The position numbers were made by a program, and so were the translations under genes. Below, piece after piece: positions 1-13,939 of a stretch of DNA of 64,000 nucleotides (positions within the stretch are counted from its first letter, which is position 1; each line of letters opens with the position of its first letter). The DNA lies in the NCBI GenBank assembly GCA_040954595.2, contig CM082597.2, forward strand, positions 1,036,886 to 1,100,885. The letters are read 5' to 3'. The notes under the pieces are model-generated. The model did no database searches. It was not told where the DNA came from and saw nothing but the letters and a program-made list of their open reading frames with translations. Source of the DNA: Balanoglossus misakiensis (Eukaryota > Animalia > Hemichordata).

Positions 1-64
1 ATCCAGTAAATAAGATACATTTACCCATTGGATGATGGATGAAATACAAAAGGGACAAACTCAC

Positions 65-204
65 CATAAGGATCTTGCACTGTGTCCATCACAATAGAGG
101 ATGGTCTCCTAGCAACTGGCTCCTTCTCGGCTGACTGCGACTTCTCTTTTTCTTTGTCCGTATGCTTCTTCTCTCCCGAAGAATCCTGAACTAGACTGAC
201 AAGC
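65..204 (-). CDS. Common internal coding exon of an unidentified minus-strand gene that continues beyond the left edge (xLVSLVQDSSGEKKHTDKEKEKSQSAEKEPVARRPSSIVMDTVQDPY)
   Basis: Pyrimidine-rich acceptor (..tttatattcag|G at 205-206) and donor G|gtgagt at 64-59. Open charged reading frame; starts in phase 2 and ends in phase 1; contains an RRPS PKA-type site. Confidence 0.8.
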
Positions 205-2324
205 CTGAATATAAAATAGAGAAAAAAATACATCAATACTTGTTCATCTTCAAGGCGAATCACAGTGCCCTCTATTTTCCACAGTTTCTTGGAGCTTGTG
301 AAGTCTCCATCAATACTCAATCACAAATAAAACCATCTAAAAAGGTCAAAATTCATATTCACTGCCATGATCTCATTATCCGATTCCTTTCAGTGACCGA
401 TCAGAGCACGGGTGATATTCGCAGATTTAATCATAATGAAAAAATTAATCAACCGTTGTGCAGAATCGATGAGTCTCTAAGCCAGACTTTGATTTCTTTG
501 ATAAACAGAAACCATTCACAGTACATTGTCGGTTATCGAAAGTATCACCATGCCCTCATTATGAGAATTCTTTGACACCGGTATGGGTGTTTTGTATTTG
601 CGTAGAATGGAAACAGTCCCAAATTCCCAGCTGTAGCAGTTTTCTCAGAAATTACACGCCTCTCAACAGCCGCAAAGAGAGTTATTCATGTGTTCAATTA
701 ATTGGGCATAAACAGGTTTAGGGAGTCTATCTGTCTGTCTATCTATGTGTTTATGTCTGTGGGCGTCACACTTGTTTACAACAACTTTACAAACTTTCGC
801 AAATGAACTTTCATTACTTTTTACTACCATTTGTCCTCTCTCGATCAATCTGTACCCGCGGATATCAATTTAAATGACTCAATCAAAGCTATAAAACATC
901 TTTTTCGGAAAGATCTCGTCATGAGTTCAGAATCTAATTTCCAGAACTTTACACAGGTTTTTTTCTACCACCAGGAGGATGTTCAAGACCTTTCCAGAGT
1001 GCATGAACTCTACATTTCATGGTCTGGGTCAGCAGAAACACACAATACCACCAAATGCAAATCCACACGATAACAGAGCATCACGTCATCTGAACTATGA
1101 CCTTGACAGTGACCTTGGCAGGACATACCACAACACTATGTGGTAGCCACTGTGTAAGCAAGTAGTAAGCTGATTTATAGCTTCAAGCAAGGAGCTTTAT
1201 CTCTTTCGAGGAATTCCAATCACTTGTTGTTCAGAACTCGGCGGTCAACCTGTTGTAAGACATCACTGGCAACAGAGATGATTATTTGACGGTCACAGAT
1301 TGGAAAATCATTTCTCAAGAAGATGCACAGTTTATCTGATATAATTTGAGCATTTTAATCAGAAATTACACCAGTCTGTACTCTAATACACAACCTGGTC
1401 CAGTTGCAATAACCAACAATACTTCACATGTAAAAACTAGCAGTTCTTATATTTCCCTTCTCACTAGAAATTTCAGAAGTTGCTGAACCATTTTGGTGTA
1501 GTATCCATAGAAACAATTCAGACTTATGTTAATTTTTCGCATGGGACATAATTTGACTGGCTGCATCTGGAGAAAATGTGTTGTTCGTGAAGACGGAAGT
1601 TCCATAGCCACAGAGGAGAAGACTGTCTCCCTTCGAAAGGATCAAACATCAGGATAAGGGCACAAACAGTTCACAGTATCATTTGCCCGTAATTAGATGT
1701 CAGAAGCAAAGTTTGGACAAACAAAATCCAGGCCAGTTACCAGCTTATATTTCATCATTCTCCAGTATCACAACAACAATATTTCAGCACCCAGATCGTC
1801 ATCATACATTGTATTTTCATGGAGGTCAAAAGAGATCATTTTGAAATATTATACCCACTCTGTTGTTTCTGAATTCTGCCAAATAAAACGTGCCATATGC
1901 CAATCTTTGTGAGGTGTCAGTTCCAAGACGTTGGCTGGGGGCTTGAACCCTCAGTAAACAACACTACACTGCCTGACATTGTGAAGTAATAATTATATGT
2001 ATTAAACTTCTGCCTGTACTGAACACTGAATGGCTACAGAAATGTTTTCGTTCCGACAGAAATCACATGATCACTTTGAAGTCCATACACAAATACTCTA
2101 TACTTTTCTGCCTCTAAGTGTTCTCTATATGGATTTTTGATGGCAAGTTTTATATTTCAACTTGTTCTTTGACAAAGATGAAAATGTGCAATTACTTATT
2201 TTTATAGTATTCCCCTCTGCCGTTCTTTGATACCCAGGTCTTCTTATTGATTGCCGTCTAATGGAAATTTACTTCACAAACTATGCATGCAGTCCCATAA
2301 AAACAGTAAGCAATGCAATATTAC

Positions 2325-2392
2325 CTTGCAGCTTTGACATTATCAAATGAGTGTTCATAAGTTGACAAACCAATATTTCTCGGATCAATCAT
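2325..2392 (-). CDS. Candidate alternative first coding exon (MIDPRNIGLSTYEHSFDNVKAAR)
   Basis: ATG preceded by an in-frame stop, 22 codons + AG|gtaata donor. Phase 2 matches exon 65-204. Lies ~650 nt downstream of the promoter motif cluster at 3042-3093. Confidence 0.4.
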
Positions 2393-3041
2393 CAGACGGC
2401 AATTTCAGTCTATCTCTGATCTGGCATTCGTAATCTTGCCTGCATATGGGTTCATTTTGTAAATAAGTCACTGTTTATGACAGAATTTTAGGCATACCAT
2501 TTGATTGTAAATTCCATAATTCATATGATTATTAATTGATGTGACATGAATCACACAGCAAATATAGGATCATGTACATTTATAAATACTCAAAGTCAAT
2601 AGAAACAGTCTTGCATTTATTAATTTTGAGTGCAAAACCGCAGTCAAAACTTTTTAATTAAAGCCCCAGTATTTCTCGTGTGCATCCATTTTTCATCATC
2701 GAAAAAAGCCCGTTTTTCCAGTACATCCATCATGGAATACTATATAATGAAGATGTAAGAAAGGTTTGGGCAATTGTAGCTACATGCAAGCCGAAAATAT
2801 CGCCCGTAACACTTGAAATGATGCGCGGGTTTGTTTACAACGGAAATGTTGTACATGTCGATCAGCAAACGTGCCACTTTGACATTTTGATGGTCAGACC
2901 ATTTTCGGATTTGATCTGGTTCCATCGACTGATTTCTCCCATAAAGTTATCTTCCCAAAATTTCGCCGAATTAGTGCGCATTTCTTCGCTGAGTCGCTTG
3001 ATTTGGGGCGACCAAACCTCTTCCGCATAGATTCACATTGG

Positions 3042-3093
3042 AGTGCGCATGCGCACTAGTCACGTGTGTCAACATTAGCGTGACTCACGTGAC
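3042..3093. promoter_or_regulatory. Promoter-like motif cluster: NRF1-type palindrome, two E-boxes (one CLEAR-like) and an AP-1 site
   Basis: Perfect 16-bp palindrome AGTGCGCATGCGCACT (3042-3057), GTCACGTG (3059-3066), TGACTCA (3081-3087) and TCACGTGAC (3085-3093) in a locally CpG-rich patch. Confidence 0.6.
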
Positions 3094-4139
3094 TTTCTGT
3101 CCGGACAGAAAGTCATTCTTCACTCGTTATATTGTAAATTGTATGAGTTTATCAGCAGAGCTGGGGATGATGACTGTTCGATTCAGTATCAATTATCATC
3201 TACTTTTAGAAATTATAGATGCCGTTTCAAACAAAATTTTGCCCCTACGAGAAATACTGTGGCTTTAATTCCTCACATGGATATAATATCTGCCAGCCTC
3301 GAGTAACAACACAATCAGATGTGCCCTGCTCAATAGTAAAATAGCTAAACTCATAAATCATAACTTACATTAATACTAGTAGCCTGAGTTCATTCATTTT
3401 GATATACTTGGATAGGTTCACATGTCCCTTCTATATAGTGATAGATTACCCCTACACATTTATGTTTACTACGGCCAACACAACTTGTGTTCTTGACCCT
3501 AACCTTTATAACATTGCTACTGCTGCCTGGCTCTCCATCAATCTCTCTTACATTTTTTCCTCCGATAAAATCACCTTCATCCTGTTGCAGTGTCAAGGTG
3601 ACGTCTCCATGACAACTGCATCCATTCAGTTCTCCATAGTCATGACAACAATAATACCTGTACACATAAGGACTTTATTGACAAGATAAACACAGAATAT
3701 TTTTATGTGTACTTTTGGAACCAGGACAAAAAAGTTGCAATTGAAACAAGACAAGTGCTGGGAAATTGAATATTCAATCCGTTTGATTTCCAGTGGAATC
3801 CTATATGCCTTTCCACTCCCTGAAAGTGACAGGAAAGGCCCCTTCCCTTCCGTTCCTGTCTGTATGGAACTGAGTTGGAACCCTTCCACAAATAATGACT
3901 TTTTTCAGCCATAACATGGAAAGTCAACATTTAAATGGCACATGTGAAATCATTGAACAAAGTTTGCCAATCCAGACGAATCTTTGAAAACTATTCACAG
4001 TTACCGAGCTGGTACCACAAAAGACAGCAGATGTACAAACAGAAGCAGACTTCCAGAGTGTACTTTGAGGAAATCAAAATGTCATCGGATGTAGGTCAGC
4101 TGATCGTCGAAGGGAAGGAATATAGACCATGATACTTGC

Positions 4140-4189
4140 CTGCGTTGAGAATATGGATGTGTGTAACAGTAATACACCATGGCAGCCAT
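4140..4189 (-). CDS. Candidate alternative first coding exon with GC donor (MAAMVYYCYTHPYSQRR)
   Basis: ATG + 16 codons + AG|gcaagt, a consensus GC-type donor; phase 2; CpG-rich upstream flank. Confidence 0.45.
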
Positions 4190-7079
4190 AATAACGCGAC
4201 ACCGATACAAACAACGACGATATCCACATCAAAACTCTTCACTGAAATCCCATAACGTTTCAGATATCCCACGGGGGGATTTCATTTTGCGACAAACAAA
4301 AACGTCCGTGGTTCTTTCACAGGAATGAAATGGTTTCTGGCTGGTATCACACATACCAGTGTTAATACACGCAGATTAGAGCGTTAAACTAGGCCAGTGT
4401 TTCAAAGCGTATCACAGTTCCACTGATAAGACCCAGTGACGATGACATTTATGACATCGCCCATCCCCGTCATCTGGGGCCAAGCCCCGTTGTCTTATTT
4501 TGGACAAGATGATGGGCGTTTAGTGTAATTTAATCTCTGACTGGAAGGTTGAGGTCTGGGTGAAGATACCCTGTTGAGTTTGGGTTTCGAGATGGACTGG
4601 TCACATGACCGATGTCAGTCCTTATTTGACCTGTGTTTCTGGAAAGTTCTGACATCACCAAGGTTGTTGATGTTATTGTCAAATCCACAATTCAATAAGT
4701 TACCACCAGCAGGAGGTCTAGCTAGAGTTGAGTTTGCATAAAGTTCAGATGATCATCACCAACCATCTTGAGAATCTGGTCACAGACAGCCAAACGATAC
4801 ACATTCATTTCAGGTAAAATTTCAGACACCACCATTTAGAAAAAAAAATCTTTGCCTCCTTGGAGGGACTGGACTAATCTTGTGCTCTAAGTGGAAGCTG
4901 AAATTGTCTGGATTAGCTTTCTGCCTCAGTGAGTATTCTCTGCAGTCAATCCATCTCTGTCAATATTTACAATCCAAGTCAGACAGACAAATGAACACTT
5001 CATTGCAAACTCTGGTTTTGCTGTAATACACACAGGAAACATCCATCTACTCTGTCTGCATTTATAAGTAAGTGGACTCACAGATGTGGTAGAAATCAGG
5101 ATATTAGTCTGGTTGGTAGATTTGCTTCGGAATGGTGCATTCTTGAAATGGATACACATCATAGATGTGGAGAAGTCTGGAATGAAGTTGGCCAATTAAA
5201 TGTTCAAAGGCAACTTCTTGCAAACCTAAAACTCTACAGCCACAGATATTTCCTCAACCCATTACCATCCATTGAACACAAGAGTTCGTACTCTACCTCT
5301 TAAAATATGAGACTTTTATGCAAGCAGCCAGACTGTTTCTGTAAATTGAATTAACCTGAGCCATCTCAGGAGAACACTTCGCACTAAGTGCACTATTTAT
5401 AGGCTGACAATTTGTAAATTATTGATATCAGCCATTGACAGATTCCCATCTGTCTAAGCTGCATGATCTGTGACTCTAACAGTTATATTTCAAATGTGAA
5501 CGAAACCAGAGTTTTCGATAAGGTAGGGAATTCTGGTTTTATTTGGAAAACCCAGTAACACTTCTGCTACCAGCTATTACTGTACTGAACCCAGTATTAT
5601 TTACTTGGGTACCAACTATAACACCGCAGTTTCCATTTTTTATGACACAAAGATCATGAAATAAGTTTTTTGTCATCTAAAATAAGCTCTCATTACATAT
5701 ACGGCTATCATACAGTAACATAATGTGCTATATAAGCAGTTTAAAGGCATGCAGATTCCTAATATAAAGCCAAATGAGTCTGAACAGCTTAATGTAAATG
5801 GTCTATGTAAGGTTTTATTGGTGTCCTGAAGTTGATGAGGTCAGTTGACCTACTTTTAGAGATATCCCCAAAGTTTCTCCTCATGGTGGCGCTCTAATCG
5901 CGCCCTGAACGATTTTGGTAATTTATTATCGAGACCTTTCTCTCAAGGGTAACTTCTTGTGTTTCATATTCTGCCTGAAACATCTGGTAACAGACAGAAC
6001 GTGTTGAATCATGACATCAAACAAGTTCAACACACTAGTAAATCCTAGTGCCTTGTCCTTATCTCTGCTATGAAAGAGATCCATGCAGGCAAGCCTGAAT
6101 ATGGCTTTGGATGATCATATATATGATGTACATATTAATGAACAAGCATCAAAATTTCCTCTTTTTTTCCTGAAGTATATCGAACAAGACCTAAAATTAA
6201 ACTGGTACGTGGACATTGAACTGCACAGCACATAACTTAGCAACAGTGGAGTGACTCATTATAACTGACTAGATTTGTATACACTATGTATTACACCTAA
6301 CACTGCAATCTTATCGCAAACACAAAATTATACTTCAAATTTCATTAAACGCAATCAAGCGAACACACGAAATCCAGGCAACAGATGAAATCGTGTTAGT
6401 AGAATCCACAGCATCTGTAATCAAGCAGCAACCAGGCAGGGAAAATGAAATGAATAGCCAAAGCATACACTCCATACAAACATATATAATTGGGTGTTGA
6501 TTGGATGGTGGTTGCCTCATGCAAATCAAATGTCAATTTCACCAACCAGTCTCTGGATTTATTTGAGATTCACTGAACCACAGGAAATATCAAAGTTTTC
6601 GACAATTTAAATGTGATTACCTCATAAAAAGATTGTTATTACTTGTCAATTACTTAGCTTCACGCGTATACCTGGACTACACGCATCTCTCAGATACTTA
6701 AAAACACAAGGCAATTTTGTTATTAGATAACAGTCTTGCAAAACCTCACACTGCAACAAACAGGTCCTTTTAATGGAATTTTTGATCCACATTGACGTAA
6801 TAGTTTTGTAAGTCAGCTTTGAGTATTCCCACCACTGTCAAAGTGATAGCTATCTTACATGCTTTGTCTGTAAATTCAATTAACCTCCGTCCTGATCTAA
6901 GCAAAAGCAACATGCGCCAAATTTTCAGCTTCAGTGATTATCTTGACAGGGGATCATGACAGAAACTTTTTTCCAAGATTACGTGCCTTCTATGCATTTT
7001 AAACCGTAGGCCTCCCGATCAAAGGGCTCTGACCTTTGCTACCAATAACTTCATAGTGTTGGCGTACATGGGATAATGT

Positions 7080-7720
7080 CAGTTGGGTAAGCTGCTATCA
7101 GTGGTAAGATACTTGGAATAACAGTGCATTAAACATTCTCTTACGTCTTTCGAACTTTCACGCAATGTGTGAAGACCTAAAGTGAACTGTACAGTAATAT
7201 GAAGGAACGCGAGAGTGTCCCTACACATGTAGTGCAAGAACATTTCATGAGATATCCAGCACAAAGATCATCTTCTATTATGACCTCAAAATTTATTCAA
7301 TCAAGCACATCTCCCAAGCCTGTTCTGATGTTCCTAACAAACTCTCTGAACATGCAACTGTTTACACGTCCAATTCTAACGAGATATTGCAAGTATTATC
7401 AGACACTTTTGTCTATTTACAGATATGGTCAACCCACTGCAGTCCCTATTAACCTTTCAAATTTCTTTCTAACTCCACTCAACGTGAAACTTTAAACTAA
7501 TCAGCAGGTTCGTAATTCAGCTCAAAGATATCTCACCACAGAATATATTTGGAATTTCCCAAATAATCTGGATGCATCTTACATACGTTATTGTTAGACA
7601 GTTAGTCTAGTATCTAGCCGTATTTTGTCCGCTTTGCTTCCAAAACTACAAAGTCATCAGCTGCATATAAACACTGACAAGTTTGCTGTCAGTTTTCCAG
7701 TCCATTTACCAGATAAGTGT
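7080..7720 (-). mobile_element. Highly degenerate non-LTR retrotransposon (LINE) RT/C-terminal remnant
   Basis: Minus-strand fragments CLYA-ADDFVVL (~7640-7675, YADD-like RT motif) and IFCGEI (~7528-7546, LYGSEIW-like), plus a Cys/His-containing tail near 7110-7150, in the expected order. Frameshifted. Confidence 0.45.
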
Positions 7721-8121
7721 AAACATCAACTAATACGGTAATCACATTGAATTGGTTCAATCAATCATTCACTCATTTTCTGATTTTCATGTTTTTTGAG
7801 CTTCCATATTGGCCAGTGTTGTAGCAATTGCCAATCAACTAAGCTGTCAATGTCATTAACTCTGTGGAGTGATGAAAATTTTATAACCATGAAGCCGCAA
7901 ATCACAGAGGATTCATTGAACCCACAATACACAAGGGAGATTCAGACAAGGACATGTATTTAACATCTGAATCAATCTTTCCTCTCAACGTCAATGATTC
8001 TGATCTCTCTCCTAGTGGTAAACACCTATAAAGATGGGGTTTTACACGTGAAGATTTATACCCAGTTGGAAACTCATTTGTAGTCTGCCTCTTGGCTTGT
8101 CAACACAGCACACTAAACAAC

Positions 8122-8270
8122 TACAGTAAAACCTGTCTAAACAGGACATCAAAGGGACTGAAAATATTGTTCAGTTTGCAGAGGTGTCTGGTTTATAGAG
8201 GTTCTTTTAACATGTGATTCTATGTGAAAGTCAAAGGGACGGGAAAGGGTGTTCGGTGAAGACAGGCCAG
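8122..8270. mobile_element. Partial Tc1/mariner-superfamily (pogo/Tigger-like) non-autonomous element
   Basis: Begins TA|CAGTAAAACCTGTCTAA and has internal 'tatagaggt/agacagg' subrepeats; no intact right end seen. Confidence 0.4.
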
Positions 8271-8642
8271 TTATTGTTTTAAAATGAATTTAAATCATGA
8301 TTTGAATTTATTTGCCAATATTAAAAAGGGGCATATACATGACACAGTATATGTTCACAAGTACATATAGAATACTGCTCCAGAGATTTGATCAAGAAAC
8401 TAGTTGATATCCAGAACAAAAAATTGTTGGCAAAACAACTTCAAAGGGACGGGTAAGGATGGTCAGTAAAGACAGGCCAGTTATTGTTTTAAAGTGAATT
8501 TAAATCATGATTTGAATTTATTTGCCAATGTTAAAAAGGGGCATATGCACAACGCAGTATATGTTCACAAGTAGAACACTACTTCAGGGACTTGGACAAG
8601 AAACTATACTTGATATCCAGAACAAAAATGCTAGCAAAACAT
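8231..8642. repeat. Direct tandem duplication, ~210-bp unit x2
   Basis: Both units start tcaaagggacggg (8231 and 8441) and share long near-identical blocks, e.g. gacaggccagttattgttttaaa..tgaatttaaatcatgatttgaatttatttgccaat. Confidence 0.9.
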
Positions 8643-10704
8643 CCCAAAAAGTTATGACTAATGGACCAAGAAAAGATTTTAAGCGAAGATGACATCTACC
8701 CATGGGTATGGATCCACACATTATGAAGTCACTGTGCAGGGGTCATGTCAATAATAACCTCCTAATGCACTTTCCGATGTCAAGGTAAAATCGAATTTAC
8801 CACAATTTCCTGGAAACACAAAGACTTCAATCTGAAAAAGTGACAGCTGAACTGACAGGCACTACTTTCAACTTGAGTGACACTGAAATGACACAGTTGC
8901 ACAGTGTTATAGCTGTGAACTTGTATGAAATGGGGAGAGGAGGAAATAGCCTCTTTTGTGGCACATTCAGGCTTCTGAAAAGTATGTTACCTTTCCTGAA
9001 AGGGACTTTAGTAGTAACTTAATGGCTTTACTTTCAGTATTTTTGTCATGTGCATCACATAAAAGTTCTTGCTCTACACCAAACAGCATGATGTACATTT
9101 AAAACCTAACAAATCAAAAGTTTTCACCAGATTTGCTGAAATGAAAGCTGTGAGATATATTTACATTTCTCGATTATAGGTATGACTATGATAATTAATA
9201 AATTTGCATATCAGATTTCATGTCTGTCATTGGTTAAATTTGGATCATATGACTGTATAATGAGAATGCCATGTGAAACCTGCAACTGATACTCACTCAA
9301 GTCCAATTAGATCGCGGGTATCGTGCACTAAGTAAAGACGCCAGTTCAGTAGACCATAGCTTCATGCCAGAAGCCTGTATTTCAGTTTCGATGTATCTAA
9401 CTGGTTGATTCGGTCATGTTCCTTCGGCAGTTCAAATTAATAAACCATCAGTAAACAACAACCATCCCGGACTAATCTAGTTGTAAAACTCACTGTCTCA
9501 TCCTGTTTAATTTCCTGAAGGTATCAACTGACATCCCACAAATGACTACAAATTCATTAATGTTCCTCAAACGCATATTCAACATATTCTCATCGAACGG
9601 CCACTACTCTTGGGTCGCTTAGCAACAATATCGCAGACTCAATTTTCCACACTCCAAAGACTCTGTCATAACTCATCCTTTTTATCCATAACCAACCACA
9701 CGACTAAGCAACTGCTCTATTTAAAGATAGATACTTCATTCTTATTCATACATTAACTGCATGCCTTTGGGATTCGGTGCTCCCTTTTACGAAATGCATC
9801 GCACCGAAGCAGAAAATATCTGCGTAGAACGTACACAGCACGTCATACGAAAACTTTACGACTTTTATATAATAAAGTTTCACGCAAAGATTATTAATGG
9901 AAACCAGATTCACGTCGAGTTGTGACTACATGTACTGGATGATAAAACATAGCAGGGTTGCACGGTAAACTTTAATGACTGTGTATTTTATTGTTGCCAC
10001 TCTATCAGGTTATATTTTTAGTATTTATTTTCAAATGCCTGGCTTTCAAATCTCTGTACAGAGTGCTTCAGTCTACGGCTCGTAAATGACGGGTATATAA
10101 AGTCACACTCTCTTGGGTTAAATTCTTTGAAGGGTTTTGGAGTCGTTAATGGATTCTACAGCGCATTGAGGAGTTTCTTGTTGAGAGCACTTGGGTGAGA
10201 GAGGCTGCCATCTCTATGTTTTGTACAAAGGCTTTTCACGTCAATAAAGTGTTCGCACAGGGCGAAAGTACGTGATGATAGCCATCATCACCTGACTGGT
10301 TTATGTCACAAGTCGCTTGTTACCTAGGTAGTATATAGTTTGTCTGGGGCTAACTCAGACTCAGAAGGACGTCATGAACAGTCAATACCTGCCATCAGTG
10401 TGCCATCTAACAAACATAATTTTTAAAAACTTTGAGTAAATTTGAGGATTTCTAAAAAATTCTCTGAGTCAGCCCTATACCGTTGCATGTAGTATGGATA
10501 TTTTCTTGAGTCACCAGTGAGTTTGTTAGTCAGTGACGCAAAAAACATATTCTAGATGTTTATATAAAGTCAAAGGCAAAAAATCCCACAGCAACAAATT
10601 TTCCAGACGCGTGACAAAGCGACGCACACCTGGAAGCAAATTTTCCGTCGTCAGCTCGGCAGATCCATCATAAAACTGGGAATACTGACAATCATCCATC
10701 ATAC

Positions 10705-10793
10705 CTTGCCTCTCCATGAGAAGGGCAAAGGTCAACTGTGTGCAATATGCCTGGATACAAGAAGTTACAGACGTCATTCGTTGACGACGACAT
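10705..10793 (-). CDS. Candidate alternative first coding exon (MSSSTNDVCNFLYPGILHTVDLCPSHGEAR)
   Basis: ATG + 29 open codons + AG|gtatga donor; phase 2; CpG-rich neighbourhood. Confidence 0.45.
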
Positions 10794-13700
10794 CCCATTC
10801 CATCAGTCCTCGATTCCGAGTAAATTACAAACTATTACTCGTATTAGGTCGCAACATCTAACATTTGAAAATGCAACGTATCCTGGCAATAGATCAGGTA
10901 CCCTGTCTTTTCCTTCATCATCATCTATCAAGCTTTTTCTCAATTTCACTCGAGTCTAGAACTGTCATCCAGTTCAGATGTTTACTCTACCCAGTGGTTA
11001 CGTAGTACAAGCATAATATTCAAAATGCGTTCTACCGTACAAGTTTTCATCATACCACGGCCACCCGAGGCACAAAAAAACCCACATTATCCAATTTACC
11101 ATCCGCACAATGATTCATGCGTGTTTGTTTCCACTTTGCGAGCGAGAAACATTCATTTCTGAATCGCTTGCGCTGAAAGGCAGAGAATCACTCCAATGCT
11201 ATCGGGTCAACGTTGATGACTTTTTTCTCCTGTAAATTGCTCATCAAGGCACCTATGCCTGCAGCGTCCCATGAGAACTATACAACCATTGATTAATCCC
11301 CACTGTCAATTTACAAGAAACGCGTGCGTGTACACAGTATGCCAAGCAAAGTCTTTAAACCCAATTCATTCCCGGCATCTTCAAGCCAGCTCACAGATAA
11401 ACAAGAGCTGAGCCAATGTGTCAATTTATTTGGCACATGATACAGAACTTCATTTGCAATGAAGCATATGTTTATCCTATCATTCTCTCAATGTGTGCTA
11501 AACTGTTCTGTACTGCATAGCTTCCTTTGGACTGTAAACTATTTGCAAACAACAACTTCAGGTAATGTACCTGGCAACTCTCAGGTGTAATTGAGAATTA
11601 CAATTTCCAAAGTAGAGCCCCAAAAACACATGGTTGAATGAACGAATGCTGCACACACCCGACTGCGGTGTAAAAAAGTCAATAATTGTGAAGCCGATAA
11701 ATCTAAGAGCAAACACTGGCTGCATGGCAATCAAAGTGATTCTACTCCGAGTCATCCAGACCATCAACTAGGATTTATTCCCCATTTATCTTTCAATTTC
11801 CTTCAAGCACACGCAATGACTATTGCATTTCAAAAGATATTTGAATCATGGAAGCTGTCAGACCGCCAGACACATCTTTCTTGTATCATCAACACACTCG
11901 TCAAATGGGTAGATTTTTTTTTCGTTTGAAATTGGGATAAATCTTCAAAAGCAATTACAATTCACTCAATTATAATTTACTGCAAAAAATTGACAGGCTA
12001 GTAAATCAATGTTACGTGAAATTAAATTGAAAATGGAAGCAAATTAAAAATCAGTTCAGAATACTCAATGGTAACACTTTCTAAGGTCTTTATTCCAGTC
12101 AACATGAGAGAGAAATCTTTGATATCAAGAAATTATTACGGAAAAAGAAATTTGACATTTCTATCTGTTGAAAGGCTGATGGCAAGAAGCAGATGTTACT
12201 TAACATATGTCGACTGGTACACTTATATAACTTTATTGAATAACGCTACTCCAAACAGCATTCATAAAATTTTATTCGCTTCCTGATTTCCTGTTTGACT
12301 GACTAGACACGGAAGATGGACTTATGTAAGAGATGTCATTTTCATCCAGGATGTGACATCAAGCGGAAAAATAACGTCTACGAGTATAGTATTCTTATTT
12401 TTAAATTCTGTTGAGATTTTCAAGAAACCAAACAATTTGGAACATCTGGATACAAGAAAGTTTTCCGCAAAAGGAAATGATCATTCAATTGCACCAATGT
12501 TTGAGTTTGTAGGAACAGTGAATACTGGTCGAGTTCCAACCTTCCCACAGACAGATAACAACTGTTACCAACAGACATGGTTTTTATCGACACAAACACA
12601 AATTTCTCCTGAATGCTTCAAATAGCAACATCTGGAAAACTTTGCAATAAACACAGAAGTGGAATAGATGCAAATGTGTCTCTTCTTTCAGTCGCAGCTG
12701 CAGTTAATCGTAGTTGTGTCAACGGTTCAAACTTTCATTCTTTTAGAAGTGATTCAACAGGGATGGTCAAATCCTGCAGAGTAAAACAAGCAATCCATCT
12801 AAGAACCTAAATCTACCAGACATTTGCCAACTCAGAATAACCCAGTTCTTTAACTTGTAGTGGCAGTGTGGGGCTTTGGGAGTCACTAAGTACATATGTA
12901 GGTGCGCTACAGTGGGAATATGAATGATAAGTATCTTAGCTAGGCCGTGATAGAAAGTGACGGCTTGGATGAAAACAAATGCACTCTGGTCAAATCGTAT
13001 CACTCCTGCACCCATCAGCAGGAAATTACCAAGAAATGGAACTTTCACTATCCATTCCATCAATTAAGACGAGAAGTTTCTCCTGGACATCTGATCTACG
13101 TAAACATCAAAATCACCAAAATGGAAAAACTGACTGAAGACAATATACTGACATTCAGGAAACAATCTTATAAGATTCTTATAAGAAATAAGAATTCTTA
13201 TAAGAAATTCTTATTTCTCAGCATAAAACAATACTGCAAATAAACCAACTCTATATGACTAATCATTAAAATTTTAGTTGGCTATAATCCTTGATGAATT
13301 TTTCTCCATAACTTTTGCTCTGTGGGTGCATGTCAGCTGAACTGTCTTGCTGCTCTGTGCCCCAATAGCATACTAAAATAGCCGGGGTTAGTCTTGTTAA
13401 CACAAGCTTCATGCACATTATTTATAGTCAGGATATTAGTGATAACAATCGGGACTTCCATTCAAATGTAATTACATCATACATCGGGGGAACTTTGACA
13501 TGCAATATGCTGTGTCTGTCAATATGTTGTATACAGCAGCAGGAGATACCTCTTCACATTCTGTCAAGTTATTTTCCAACAGACCAATATTTTCAATTGG
13601 TTAACAATTAGAAACAAACAAAAAGTGGTTACCATTAACTTTTTTCTTTGATTACATCCGTATTCATCAATACCAGCAAATGTGAAACCTTCAACACAAT

Positions 13701-13939
13701 AACTTCACACCTGCAGTCCCATTGAAGTGCAAAAGTCATTAATGTACAAAGATATTTTTCCCAATTATGAAGTTGATGCAATGACATCACGAGGGAAATC
13801 AATAATAAACCTGGACTTCGAAGTTTACGATACAGCACTATAAAAAATCAATATCAACCTGTCATATGAATGTAACTCTAACAGGTTCGTAATCACAACC
13901 TTTGTACAAAACCCAGAATTTTCAATTTTTCATACTCAC

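Noticed and set aside
65-204. Naming the left gene (e.g. NAD kinase, from the QDP motif)
   Set aside because: Similarity is limited to a few residues and the conserved domain lies outside the window.
5320-6960. Two similar segments (tctgtaaatt.aattaacct at ~5338 and ~6868) as transposon coding remnants
   Set aside because: The match is short and I could not assign a protein family.
13171-13214. Nested ttcttataagaa palindromic repeats
   Set aside because: Short AT-rich slippage or duplication product with no evidence of function.
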